Of a stretch of 51,071 bases of DNA, positions 1 to 9,705 are shown piece by piece. The stretch lies in assembly GCA_035559535.1 (NCBI GenBank), contig DATMBG010000044.1:186001-237071 (forward strand). The letters are read 5' to 3'. The notes beneath the pieces are model-generated. The model worked only from the letters and a program-made list of their open reading frames with translations, searched no databases and was not told the DNA's origin. This stretch comes from Candidatus Limnocylindrales bacterium (GTDB lineage Bacteria; Moduliflexota; Moduliflexia; Moduliflexales; JAUQPW01). Position numbers and translations under genes: made by a program. How positions within the stretch are numbered: the stretch's first letter is position 1; every line of letters begins with the position of its first letter.

Positions 1-1
1 G

Positions 2-1411
2 CTGACCCGTAGCTGCATCGAAGGCCTTTAAAGCACCGTTTCCAGGATTCAAACGGATCACCTTTGCTCCCAGATACCATTCCCCGCGTTTCCAATCCAT
101 TTTCAGAGCCTGGAGATCCATGGAAAAATTATAGGTAGGCACATAGGCCATCTGGGTTTTGGGGCTGTAGGCTATCGGATGCCATTCTTTCCCTCCATCC
201 AGGGTCGGAGCGATATCCTTCGTAACTTTATCATAAACGACATCTTTCTCGGGCCAGTTCATCTCAGGTTTACAATTCTCACCAAATTTCTTGACCCAGT
301 TCACACGTCCCAGAGGAACTACATAATTACACTTTGCAGTCGTCCGATCCACAGAGTAAAAATGGCCGTTTCGATCTCCATGAAGCCAGACTTTCTTTCC
401 ACCTACATCGGCTAAAACCACCTCATTAACCCCATCATAATCATAGGGATCGTTGGGAGTATACTGGAAATACATTTTTATTTTACCTGTATCCGGATCT
501 AAAACCAGGGTTGAATTGGTATAAAGGTTATCTCCAGGTCGGACATGCCGGTCAAAATCAGGACCCGGGTTACCCACCGGCCAGTAAAGGTTATTGAGCT
601 CAGGATCATAGGAACCCGTAATCCAGGCAGAACCACCTCCGTATTTCCAGGACTCTCCACCCCAGGTCTCAGAACCCGGCTCACCGGCTGCAGGAATTGT
701 GTAAGTTTTCCAGACCTGTTCTCCGGTCTCTGCATCCACAGCAGCAATCCAGCCCCGCACGCCATATTCTGCTCCAGAGGTTCCAATGATGATCTTACCT
801 CGAAGGGCCATGGGCATAAGGGTCAAACTCTCCGAGTATTTATAATCCCCCATGGGTTTATCCCATACCACCTTTCCTGTAGCATTATCCAGGGCTACAA
901 GATGGGCATCCAGCGTAGCCAGGTAAACCTTATCATGATAGAGGGCTACTCCACGGTTTACCACATCGCAGCAGAGATGGGGATAAAGATCTGCGGGCAG
1001 TTCACGTTCATATTTCCAGAAAACTTTTCCGGTTTCACAATCTGCTGCAAAAACCTTATTAAAAGAAGAAGTTACGTAACATCTTCCGTTATAAGCAACA
1101 ACTTGGCTGTCCTGACCCTCCAAAGCTCCAAAGGAAAGAGACCATTTGGGGACCAGTTTTTTCACATTGCTTTTATTGATCTGACTTAGAGGACTATACC
1201 GTGTGCTGGCATAATCTCGTCCGTACAGCAGCCAGTTATTGGGGTCTTTATCGGCATTGAGAAGCATATCATCGGTTACATATTCAGGACGTTGAACGGC
1301 TTCTATAACCTCCATACCCGGTATCTGAGCACGTACTGAAGCAGGTAACAACAGGACCAAAGATACAAACAGGACTACCACTGCTGTAGCAGAAAAAATA
1401 ACTTTTTTCAT
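2..1411 (-). CDS. PQQ-dependent alcohol dehydrogenase, lanthanide-type (ExaF/PedH/XoxF-like); 3' end runs off the window
   Basis: Not in the ORF track; translated by hand from ATG 1411 (GGAGG upstream). Signal peptide MKKVIFSATAVVVLFVSLVLLLPASVRA, then NWLLYGRDY..RYSPLSQIN, HLCCDVVNRG, SGAEYGVRG, GNPGP, GDNLYT, NDPYDYDGVNE, GGKEW. Open to the window edge. Confidence 0.93.
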   Translation of the reverse strand, partial: MKKVIFSATAVVVLFVSLVLLLPASVRAQIPGMEVIEAVQRPEYVTDDMLLNADKDPNNWLLYGRDYASTRYSPLSQINKSNVKKLVPKWSLSFGALEGQDSQVVAYNGRCYVTSSFNKVFAADCETGKVFWKYERELPADLYPHLCCDVVNRGVALYHDKVYLATLDAHLVALDNATGKVVWDKPMGDYKYSESLTLMPMALRGKIIIGTSGAEYGVRGWIAAVDAETGEQVWKTYTIPAAGEPGSETWGGESWKYGGGSAWITGSYDPELNNLYWPVGNPGPDFDRHVRPGDNLYTNSTLVLDPDTGKIKMYFQYTPNDPYDYDGVNEVVLADVGGKKVWLHGDRNGHFYSVDRTTAKCNYVVPLGRVNWVKKFGENCKPEMNWPEKDVVYDKVTKDIAPTLDGGKEWHPIAYSPKTQMAYVPTYNFSMDLQALKMDWKRGEWYLGAKVIRLNPGNGALKAFDAATGQ

Positions 1412-1691
1412 GACTTTATTCCCTCCCTGGTTAAAAAATCTTACCTTACAAGGAGAATTTTTTTACCGGCCTGTTAAAAATTCCCCTGTAAATTTCAGGT
1501 TTTCATTATTTATTTAACAATCCAACTATCCGACTTTAAATCACCTCCTTCCCATGGTGAAGACGCGGCTTAGGAAAATTATAACCACCTCAGATCAACC
1601 TATTTGGGTTATCATGGGTTGAACGATTAAAATCTGAATAAATTTCTTTAAAGAAACCTCGAAATCTCCTTTACTACCAGGAATACCAAGG

Positions 1692-1719
1692 ATTCTATCT
1701 ATTTAGCGAAATTTGTCAA
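1692..1719 (-). promoter_or_regulatory. Putative sigma-70 promoter for the first PQQ-ADH
   Basis: Minus strand TTGACA-N16-TAGAAT about 280 nt upstream of the ATG. Confidence 0.5.
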
Positions 1720-1902
1720 CACAAAAAATTCCAAAATATCCCTGTCCATTAAATCGGTACTAGATTAACTCTTTTGGTGCAGTCTAAGTTTGATTGTTCT
1801 TCATAGAGCTTTCTAAGGTACCGACCAGATTAATACTGATACGCCTCCAGCATTGAAACCTATTTTCTTTGTAGTTTCTATAGTTCTAGAAAAGAAGGTG
1901 GG

Positions 1903-1930
1903 AACCAGCTGCCTTCTAGGGCAGCTGGTT
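1903..1930 (-). terminator. Hairpin, probable terminator of the second PQQ dehydrogenase
   Basis: AACCAGCTGCC-N6-GGCAGCTGGTT, 11-bp stem just after the stop at 1957, with a pyrimidine tail on the minus strand. Confidence 0.6.
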
Positions 1931-1956
1931 TGGAGAGAAGAAAGCTTTCAGGATAC

Positions 1957-3699
1957 TTATTCACTGAGTGCGAAGACCCAGATCACTCCACCTTGCAGGA
2001 TGGGAATATCTTTTGAGTAGTACTTACCTTTATATCCCGAATCAATCAAGGCACCTTGCATTCTCTCGGCGTCAACACCCCAACCAGATTGGACGGCTAT
2101 ATATTGAACACCATCCACCATGTAGGAAACCGGTGGGGCCATAATGCCGGAATTCGTACGGAATTTCCAGAGTTCTTTTCCAGTCTTTGCATCAAAAGCT
2201 CGCAGATAACGATCATTGGTACCACCCTGGAAGACAAGGCCACCGCCTGTGGTCAATACAGGGCCAAAGGTATGACCCTCGTACTTATACGACCAGACTT
2301 TCTCCATCTTAGACAGATCCCAGGCCTGCAGATCGGCGATGGTCTTTGCCCCTTCAGCCGGGAAGGTCTTGATATCTTTAACTTCCACACCCAGATAGAG
2401 TTGACCTGGTTTTAATTCTTCCTTTTCTTTCGATTTCAGACTCCCACAATGGTTGTCGTTGGCCGGGATGTAGAGGAGCTTTGTTTTTGGATTGTAGGCT
2501 TCGGCCTGCCAGTCCTTACCACCCCACAGCGATGGACAGAATTCTATCAACTTACCTCGACCTGGTTTCCGTTCTGCAACGTATTCAGGGCGACCGGTTT
2601 TCGGATCAATACTCTTGAATACATCCTGTTTAACAAAAGGCTTGGCGGTTACAAAGGAAATTTTATCTTTACCTCGCTCTAACAGCCAGAGATAGCCATT
2701 ACGCCCAGGGTGTACCAGGGCTTTAATGGTCTTTCCCTCTCTTTCTACATCAATAAGCAGAGGGGGAGTAATTTCATCCCAATCCCAGGAATCGTTCCAA
2801 TGATATTGAAAATGAGCTTTTATCTTACCGGTTTCAGGCTCTATGGCCACTACAGAAGTGGTATAAAGATTATCCCCCGGATGAAAATCACCGGCCCAGG
2901 GAGCGGCGTTTCCAACACCAAAATAGGCTAGGTTAAGCTCCGGATCATAGGTGCCCTGGATCCAGACAGATCCTCCACCATTCTTCCAGGCTTCGCCGGT
3001 CCAGGTTTCAGAACCCGGCTCACCAGGACCCGGAATGGTATAGGTTTTCCATAAGATATCCCCGGTTTTTGCATCCAGTGCCGTAATATAACCTCGAATG
3101 GCCAGCTCTCCACCGGAAGTTCCCACCATAACCTTACCTTTCACAATAAGAGGAGCTATGGTGAAGTAATACCCGGAGTGATAATCCTCTATGGCTTTAT
3201 CCCAAACAACTTTACCCGTTTTAGCATCGAGGGCTACGACATGGGTATCCACCGTGGCCATATAAACCTTATCTTCGTAGAGAGCGACCCCGCGGTTCGT
3301 CGGGTGCAATTGGAAAAGATCCTCCGGTAACTGCCGTCTATATATCCAGAGGACATCTCCGGTCTTTGCATCTAGAGCAATAACTTGATTCTGTGGGGTT
3401 GAGACGAACATAACCCCGTTGTTTACGATGGGTGGAGATTCATGACCCTCGATCACCCCCGTGGATAAAGTCCAGACCGGAACCAGCTTCTTGACATTAT
3501 TCGTATTAATCTTGTCTAAGGGACTGTATCCCCACCCGCTATAATTGCCACGGGTCATTAACCAGTTTTCAGGTTCCGGGTTTAAAAGTCTTTGATCCGT
3601 TACCGGAGTGTAATTCTGGATTTGAGCGGCTACCAGTAAGGGGGATAATCCAACTACAAAAACGGCAAGGACCAATATACTGATACTTTTAATTTTCAT
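1957..3699 (-). CDS. PQQ-dependent dehydrogenase (methanol/ethanol family) lacking the vicinal disulfide
   Basis: Trp-docking repeats (ALDAKTG..W), GGELA, GNAAP, GDNLYT, NDSWDWDE, GGKDW. Signal peptide from MKIKS (ATG 3699, GAGGAGG RBS). QLHPTNRG replaces CCDxVNRG. Confidence 0.92.
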   Translation of the reverse strand: MKIKSISILVLAVFVVGLSPLLVAAQIQNYTPVTDQRLLNPEPENWLMTRGNYSGWGYSPLDKINTNNVKKLVPVWTLSTGVIEGHESPPIVNNGVMFVSTPQNQVIALDAKTGDVLWIYRRQLPEDLFQLHPTNRGVALYEDKVYMATVDTHVVALDAKTGKVVWDKAIEDYHSGYYFTIAPLIVKGKVMVGTSGGELAIRGYITALDAKTGDILWKTYTIPGPGEPGSETWTGEAWKNGGGSVWIQGTYDPELNLAYFGVGNAAPWAGDFHPGDNLYTTSVVAIEPETGKIKAHFQYHWNDSWDWDEITPPLLIDVEREGKTIKALVHPGRNGYLWLLERGKDKISFVTAKPFVKQDVFKSIDPKTGRPEYVAERKPGRGKLIEFCPSLWGGKDWQAEAYNPKTKLLYIPANDNHCGSLKSKEKEELKPGQLYLGVEVKDIKTFPAEGAKTIADLQAWDLSKMEKVWSYKYEGHTFGPVLTTGGGLVFQGGTNDRYLRAFDAKTGKELWKFRTNSGIMAPPVSYMVDGVQYIAVQSGWGVDAERMQGALIDSGYKGKYYSKDIPILQGGVIWVFALSE

Positions 3700-3967
3700 A
3701 GCATTCCTCCTCATCTTTTGAATCTTTAAAAGTTACTTAGTTTTAGATTCCGAATAGCCTAAACCCTGTCAGTTACCTGACATTAACCCACTTAAAAATC
3801 ATCTGGACACCTTATCTTTTCCTCCTTTTGGATAGAGTCATGATCCAGGTCATTGAAATTATTTATCCATCACCTCCCTTCAGATAGAACAACTTTGAAA
3901 ATCCAGTTATAAGTCTACTTAATCAAAGTTAATATTTCCTTGTCAAGTAGAATTTTAAACTTTTCTT

Positions 3968-4570
3968 TTATAGACTCCTTTTAGGTCCTACAGAACCCAA
4001 AAATCCTCCGGCAGCCATTAAAACACCGTCCCCTACCTTAAGGGGAAGTGCAGCGAGCTTCCGAGGAGCCGGTCCAGCAATAACCTTGGCACCATCTTTA
4101 GGATCATATAAGGACTCGTGACAGGGGCATATAAAGATTTTCTTCACATCTTCCCATCCAGCCACATCACAGGCTTGATGCGTACAGATGGCCGAATAAG
4201 CCAGGATCCCATCCGCTGAATGGGCCCGAGTTTCTTCGGAAAGTTCGGCAGGATCTAAATGGATGAGCAGGATTCTGTTAAAACGAGATCCATCCTTCAC
4301 AACCCGTGTCTTGGGATCCATGGGATAAGCCAATACCTGAGGTGCATTCAAAGGAAGATCTTTGGGAGTAATAATTTCCCCCTTCTTATCTCCGAATATG
4401 AAAACGAATTGATCACCTTCTTTCGGGGGAGCGGTTTTTGGATCCATTTCTTGAGCGGCAACAAAATCCAAAGTCTGCAAACCCACCACCATACCAAGGG
4501 CTGCCTTCAGAAGGGTACGACGCTCCAGTAACTGATTAGAATCAGGACAGGTTTTGCATTTGTTAGTCAT
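3968..4570 (-). CDS. Stand-alone Rieske [2Fe-2S] protein with Tat signal
   Basis: CTHQAC and CPCHESLYDP boxes, GPAPRKL; ERRTLLK twin-arginine motif plus hydrophobic helix; likely ATG 4570. Confidence 0.9.
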   Translation of the reverse strand: MTNKCKTCPDSNQLLERRTLLKAALGMVVGLQTLDFVAAQEMDPKTAPPKEGDQFVFIFGDKKGEIITPKDLPLNAPQVLAYPMDPKTRVVKDGSRFNRILLIHLDPAELSEETRAHSADGILAYSAICTHQACDVAGWEDVKKIFICPCHESLYDPKDGAKVIAGPAPRKLAALPLKVGDGVLMAAGGFLGSVGPKRSL

Positions 4571-4913
4571 AACTTTAATTTTTATATCCAGGATGATGAG
4601 GAAGGGGCCGATGGGTTTTTTCAACCAATTTACCGGTCATAAGCACTCTATATCCTCTATACACCCTTTGTAAGGTAAAATATTCCTTTACACTATTTCA
4701 CACGACCCCTTAACCGGTACCACAATTAATTATGAGGTAATTATAAGGATTACCCAAAACTGGAAAATATCTTATCCTTTGAAGGCTTGTCAACACTTAA
4801 TTAAGAAAATTTTCTTTAATTCTTGACAGATCTTTCTCCACTCCCCATTATAAACAGAAACATTAAATAACTTTTCTGTTTAAATCCCTCTAAAACCAAC
4901 TTGAAATCGAAAT

Positions 4914-5516
4914 ATGCTATCCAATAATCAAGATAAGAAAGCCATACGTGAACAGGCTCATGCAGCTCGCCGGGCAGAACCGGACAAAGATGAAAAAAGT
5001 CGACAGATTTGTGAGCGTTTATGGACCCTTCCGGAATTCATAAACGCACAAGTCATTCTCTTTTACATCGATGTTCGAAGTGAAGTTCGTACCAGGAATT
5101 ACATCCCAAAAGCTATGGCATTGGGTAAGAAAGTGATAGTCCCCTATTGTGTGGGGGATGAACTATCTTTATTTCCCCTGGAATCTATGGAAGAATTGGA
5201 AATCGGAGCGTTTAAAATTTTAGAGCCTAAAAAAGAATTAAGAGAAAAAGCAGAAAAACAGTACGATGTAAAAAACGTAGATCTAATTATTGTACCTGGA
5301 GTTGCTTTTGATAAAAGAGGAGGACGCATGGGCCATGGTTGGGGGTATTACGATAAGCTCCTCCATAAAGCAAAACCAGAAACCCCCAAGGTAGCCCTGG
5401 CTTTCGAATGTCAATTGTTTGACGAACTTCCCATGGATCCCCATGATATCTTTATGGACAAGATTATAACCGAGAAAGAAGTTTATGACTGTAGAGCTGC
5501 TCGTGGTTTAACCTAA
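4914..5516 (+). CDS. 5-formyltetrahydrofolate cyclo-ligase
   Basis: DLIIVPGVAFDKRGGRMGHGWGYYDKLL signature, ILEP, HDIFMDKIITE. Confidence 0.93.
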   Translation: MLSNNQDKKAIREQAHAARRAEPDKDEKSRQICERLWTLPEFINAQVILFYIDVRSEVRTRNYIPKAMALGKKVIVPYCVGDELSLFPLESMEELEIGAFKILEPKKELREKAEKQYDVKNVDLIIVPGVAFDKRGGRMGHGWGYYDKLLHKAKPETPKVALAFECQLFDELPMDPHDIFMDKIITEKEVYDCRAARGLT

Positions 5517-5541
5517 TCCTTGAATTCCTTATTTTCAGATT

Positions 5542-6429
5542 ATGATAGTCGACAATACCTATGCTGAAGCTTTTAAAAGTGTTTATGCAGAAATCCTTGT
5601 AACTGCTAGAGATCGGCTATGGTTAGATCATGCGATTAACGCCGCTACCGGACATGCTTCCAGCACCATTTTATGTGATTGTGAAGCCGGATTAGATCAT
5701 TATACCCAGAATACTCCAGATGGTCGTCTGGGGGCTGTTTTACAGTTTCATGTTCCGAAATTCAAAAAAAATCACCTCCGGGCTCTGGAACTTGCCCTGA
5801 TTCATCGGATTGGACAAAATATCTTGACCTGTCCGACCACTTCTGTCTGGAATTCCCTGGATACTCCGGAAAAATTTAAAATTGGGAGAAAACTGGCTTA
5901 CTTCGGAGATGGGTTTCAGAGAAAGTCGAATTTTTACGGGCGAAAGGTTTGGGTTATTCCCATTATGGGAGGAGAGTTTATAACGGAAGCTCTGTTCGGT
6001 TATGCAGAAGGGGTTATGGGAGGGAATCTATGGTTCATGGCAGAAACCCTGGACACCGCTTTAGCTGCTGCAGAGAAGGCTCTGGCCGCTGTTCACCGGA
6101 TAGAAGGGGTTATCACTCCCTTTCCCGGAGGGATTACCTGGTCCGGATCTAAAGCCGGCAGCCGCTATTCCTTCCTCGTAGCTTCGACCTTTCATACCTA
6201 TTGTCCAACCCTGCGAGATAAGATCCAAGACTCTCAGGTCCCACCTGGAGTGAACTCCATAATGGAAATTATTATCAATGGGAAGAATCCGGAAGTTGTT
6301 CAACAAGCCATGCAGTCCGGGGTACAGGCTGCCCTAAACTCCCCAGGACTTATCAAAATCTCGGCCGGAAACTATGGAGGAAGATTAGGAAAGTATAAAC
6401 TCTGGCTTCAAAATAATAATAGCCAGTAG
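5542..6429 (+). CDS. fhcD: Formylmethanofuran--tetrahydromethanopterin N-formyltransferase (Ftr/FhcD)
   Basis: DNTYAEAF, ASSTILCDCEAG, TPDGRLG, RIGQNILTCPT, GGNLWF, FPGG..SGSK, EIIING, ISAGNYGGRLG. Confidence 0.92.
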   Translation: MIVDNTYAEAFKSVYAEILVTARDRLWLDHAINAATGHASSTILCDCEAGLDHYTQNTPDGRLGAVLQFHVPKFKKNHLRALELALIHRIGQNILTCPTTSVWNSLDTPEKFKIGRKLAYFGDGFQRKSNFYGRKVWVIPIMGGEFITEALFGYAEGVMGGNLWFMAETLDTALAAAEKALAAVHRIEGVITPFPGGITWSGSKAGSRYSFLVASTFHTYCPTLRDKIQDSQVPPGVNSIMEIIINGKNPEVVQQAMQSGVQAALNSPGLIKISAGNYGGRLGKYKLWLQNNNSQ

Positions 6430-6562
6430 GGTAAAAGCAGGAAAAAGCCATAGGGAATTCCGTAAGTAAGGTCCTCCGACTTATTTGGATTTCATAAAAT
6501 AACCTGTTCCTACCAGCAATCAGGTAATAAAGTGTATCTATATCCCTTGAGGTGGAAAAAGA

Positions 6563-6606
6563 AACACCCCCCAATCTTCCCCTCCAGGGGGGACTAGGGG
6601 GGTGTT
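6563..6606. repeat. REP-like GC-rich hairpin between convergent genes
   Basis: AACACCCCCC...GGGGGGTGTT outer stem with an inner CCCC/GGGG stem. Confidence 0.65.
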
Positions 6607-6856
6607 CAGACAGAAAAAGTAACACCTACTCAATTATTACAGTTACTAACAACGTAATCTGGATACCGAAGGATTACTTCCCCTGAGATAATAAAAACTA
6701 ACCCGTCATCCCCACTTCTAAGATCTCTATGGTCGTTTTCGTGGGGATAGGGGTAGGTTTGAACCAGCCCCTAAAGGACCCTTCAGAAATTTGCTACCTT
6801 TTACAATCTTCTGGGTACGACTGGTTATTTTCTAACCACTGCTTATTACCCCTTGC

Positions 6857-9217
6857 CTACTGTCGATTCGGAGCCGGTACTGTTACCGGGCTTCTCTCCA
6901 TCAAGGTCCTTTCGGAAAGAATCAAAGAACTCAATCTCCCTTCCACATCGGCCAATTTGGACCTGGCAGTCTCTTTAAACTCTACAAAACCTGCAATTTG
7001 CTGATTCAAATGGGTTAAGCTGTCATCGAGTTTAGACAGGTGAGCTTTTGTATTTTCCTTAAATTCGGCAAAACTGGCTACTTGCTGGCTTAAATTGGTG
7101 AGACTGGTGTTAACCCGATCGAAATAAGATTTGGCCAGTTCGTTAAATTCCTCCATACGACCCATCTGACGATCCAAGGTACTCAGGTTCTCTGTGGCTT
7201 TGGTCAAAAGGGCATTCAGTTCACTTTTGGCCGTGCTATAGTTGGTTAAATCGACTCGTTGGGTGAGGGCACTTAAGTCCTTTCCGATTTCTGCTATACG
7301 GGTCTTAACGGTATCCTGAAATCCGGTAAAATCGGCTATCTTTCGATTAAGAGTATCCAGATCTTTTTCCAACTCTGCCAAACGAGATTTGGCCCCTTCT
7401 TCAGCTTCCCGAGCAACATTTCGAATTCTCTGACTCATCACATTGAGATCTTCCTCGATATTCCCTAACTGGGTTCTTATACTGGCACTCCACTCCTTCA
7501 AGCTGCTTACTTCTTGATTGAGTTGTTGGAAATTTCGGTCAACTTCAGTAACTCGCTCATCCATATCGGCCCTTACATTGGCGATTTGTTCATTGGTGGC
7601 ATTCACATTTCCTTCTATCTTTGCAAATCGGTTATCGGTTCCCTCCTTTAAATCGGTTAATTGCTGATTGAGCAGATTCAGTTTTTCCGTTGCATCTTTT
7701 AGTTGTATATTGACGGTATCTCGAAGTTCTTTTAAACCTTTGTTGACTTCGGCCAGGCTGGAATCCATGGTTTCTTTTAAACTCTTGCTGACTTCCGACA
7801 AGCGGGTATCCACTTGCTGGAGGTTCTTATGGATCTCGGTTATACTCGCATCGGTTGCTTCTTTTAAACTCCGACTGGTCTCGGCCAGACGCGTATCGGT
7901 TTCCTTCCGTAAGTTTCCAATTTGTTGCTTGATATCTGCTACACTCTTATCCAGCAGAGACAACTGGTTTTTCTGACTATTCTCTAAGCCGGTTATCTTC
8001 TGAGTATGAAAAATAATATTCTCACCCGTCTCTTTTAAACTCTTGTTTATATGGGTCAATTGATTATCCAGCTCTGTTTTTAACTGTCTAATATCCGCTA
8101 AATTTTTCCCTATGAGAGCGGATTGATCTCTCTGATTATTTTCTAAGCCGGTTAACTTTTGGGTATGGAAAACAAGGTTCTCATTGATCCGAGCGAATTG
8201 AGAAGCTATATCCTCTTTAAAAGTTTTAAGTTGGGTATCTATCTTTTGAGCAAGTTGTTGAACAGTTACTTTGACTGGGTCCATCAACTTCCGTTGGGCT
8301 TCGTTGAGTCCACTTATCTGTTGGGTATGATAGAGAATGTTTCCTTCCATACGGGTCTGGGCCTCTGTCAGGCTTTTTACCTGGGCATTCAGGGGGGTCA
8401 CAGTTTGTTCTAACTTCTGAACGGCTGCCTTGGCTTGATCTAACCCCTTAACCAGGCGAGCTTCTGCTTCCTTCTGAGCAGTTCCCAGTGAATTAATCTG
8501 TTGAGTATGATAGCGCAGATTATCCTCGACGCGAGTTTGGTGGGAAGCAAGATCTTGATTTAATTTCCCAGTTTGCTGTTCGATGGCAGCCAATCTCTGA
8601 TCTGTCCGACCCATATGATCCTTTATCTCGGTCTGCAGGTTCTTCTGAAGATTAGATATTTCGTTGATTTGCCTGGTAAGATAAACAAAATTGGCGTTGA
8701 TCCGGTCCTGGGAGCCGGAAATATCTGAACTTTTACTCTGAGCAATCTCAGGATTTAGCTGTTGACCCATCCGTTTATTAATTGTAGCTTTTACTTGATC
8801 GATAGCCTGAATCAACTTGGCTTCGGTATTACGCTGGGCTGTTCCTAGAGCCGTAATCTGCTGGGTATGGTAGAGCAAGTTATCGTTGACCCGAGTTTGA
8901 AAGGCTTGATTCTCTTCTTTAAGTTTTCCGATTTGCTGATCGAGCGTAGCCAGTTTATTGAGCCCTTCTAATTTTTTGTTCAATTGATTTATCTGATCCG
9001 TCTCTGTCTGTTGCAAAGCCGTTATTTTTTGCTCAACTTCTGCAAGTTTTTGGTCTACCGAGGTGCGGAGCTCTTTAACAGCAGGAGAGTTTTCCACCTT
9101 TCTTTCGATGCCCCCTGGGAAAAATAGCCCTAAAAAGGCAATGATCAAGGCTACCATCGCAATAATCCCCGCATTGTCACGTAATATATTTCCCGTCGGT
9201 CTTTGTTCGTTTGCCAT
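6857..9217 (-). CDS. Membrane-anchored long coiled-coil protein with N-x-x-(Y/F)-H-T-Q repeats
   Basis: N-terminal TM helix (IIAMVALIIAFLGLFF), ~740 aa heptad-rich, AGGAG RBS; six related motifs. Confidence 0.85.
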   Translation of the reverse strand: MANEQRPTGNILRDNAGIIAMVALIIAFLGLFFPGGIERKVENSPAVKELRTSVDQKLAEVEQKITALQQTETDQINQLNKKLEGLNKLATLDQQIGKLKEENQAFQTRVNDNLLYHTQQITALGTAQRNTEAKLIQAIDQVKATINKRMGQQLNPEIAQSKSSDISGSQDRINANFVYLTRQINEISNLQKNLQTEIKDHMGRTDQRLAAIEQQTGKLNQDLASHQTRVEDNLRYHTQQINSLGTAQKEAEARLVKGLDQAKAAVQKLEQTVTPLNAQVKSLTEAQTRMEGNILYHTQQISGLNEAQRKLMDPVKVTVQQLAQKIDTQLKTFKEDIASQFARINENLVFHTQKLTGLENNQRDQSALIGKNLADIRQLKTELDNQLTHINKSLKETGENIIFHTQKITGLENSQKNQLSLLDKSVADIKQQIGNLRKETDTRLAETSRSLKEATDASITEIHKNLQQVDTRLSEVSKSLKETMDSSLAEVNKGLKELRDTVNIQLKDATEKLNLLNQQLTDLKEGTDNRFAKIEGNVNATNEQIANVRADMDERVTEVDRNFQQLNQEVSSLKEWSASIRTQLGNIEEDLNVMSQRIRNVAREAEEGAKSRLAELEKDLDTLNRKIADFTGFQDTVKTRIAEIGKDLSALTQRVDLTNYSTAKSELNALLTKATENLSTLDRQMGRMEEFNELAKSYFDRVNTSLTNLSQQVASFAEFKENTKAHLSKLDDSLTHLNQQIAGFVEFKETARSKLADVEGRLSSLILSERTLMERSPVTVPAPNRQ

Positions 9218-9705
9218 GTTAAACTCCTTTTTTCTTTCTCCAAGAGACTTAGAGATCCAACGACCTCTACCTCCCTTTGTTAAAAGTGAAGAGTGGCTCT
9301 AAAATTTTTTATCATTTTACTAGCTAAAAGTCAAAATCTCCAGCTATGTACCCTGGACTTTATCTGTTGGAACTCAAAGTCCCAAAATGTATAATTTGTC
9401 GAATACCTTCAACTCCTTTTTGGTTATCTTGGATAGGCTGGGTGAACTCCTAAGTTTTTGGTATACATAATGACGATGTATATAAAAAAACTTCCTGGCT
9501 TGTCAATAAAAATATCTGTCATCTGATTTTCTCTTGACAATCGACTTTTCTTTATAAAAAGCTTTTTAAAGTTTTTAACTTTCCCGAATAACAGACCTTG
9601 CAAATTTTTGTAAATAAGATGTAAATAAAAGAATAAGTTGATAACTGGAACCGTCAAATCATTCATTGAACCTGGGTTATTAACACGCCAACCAAGGGAG
9701 GGAAG

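Noticed and set aside
179-1189. ORF-track entries 179..415, 499..786 and 545..1189, and the many other antisense or nested ORFs
   Set aside because: Shadows of well-supported genes on the other strand or frame; no motifs.
1595-1622. TCAACC-N16-GGTTGA resembling the enhancer half-sites
   Set aside because: Opposite orientation and different spacing; no sigma-54 promoter seen there.
1420-1690. Strong SD-like AAGGAGGTGA and 14-aa ORF MKNLKFTGEFLTGR in the ADH leader (similar SD near 3870)
   Set aside because: No properly spaced start codon or PqqA motif; cannot support a peptide or riboswitch.
6857-9217. SMC, tape-measure or chemoreceptor annotation
   Set aside because: No Walker motifs or hinge, no phage context, no MCP hairpin signature.
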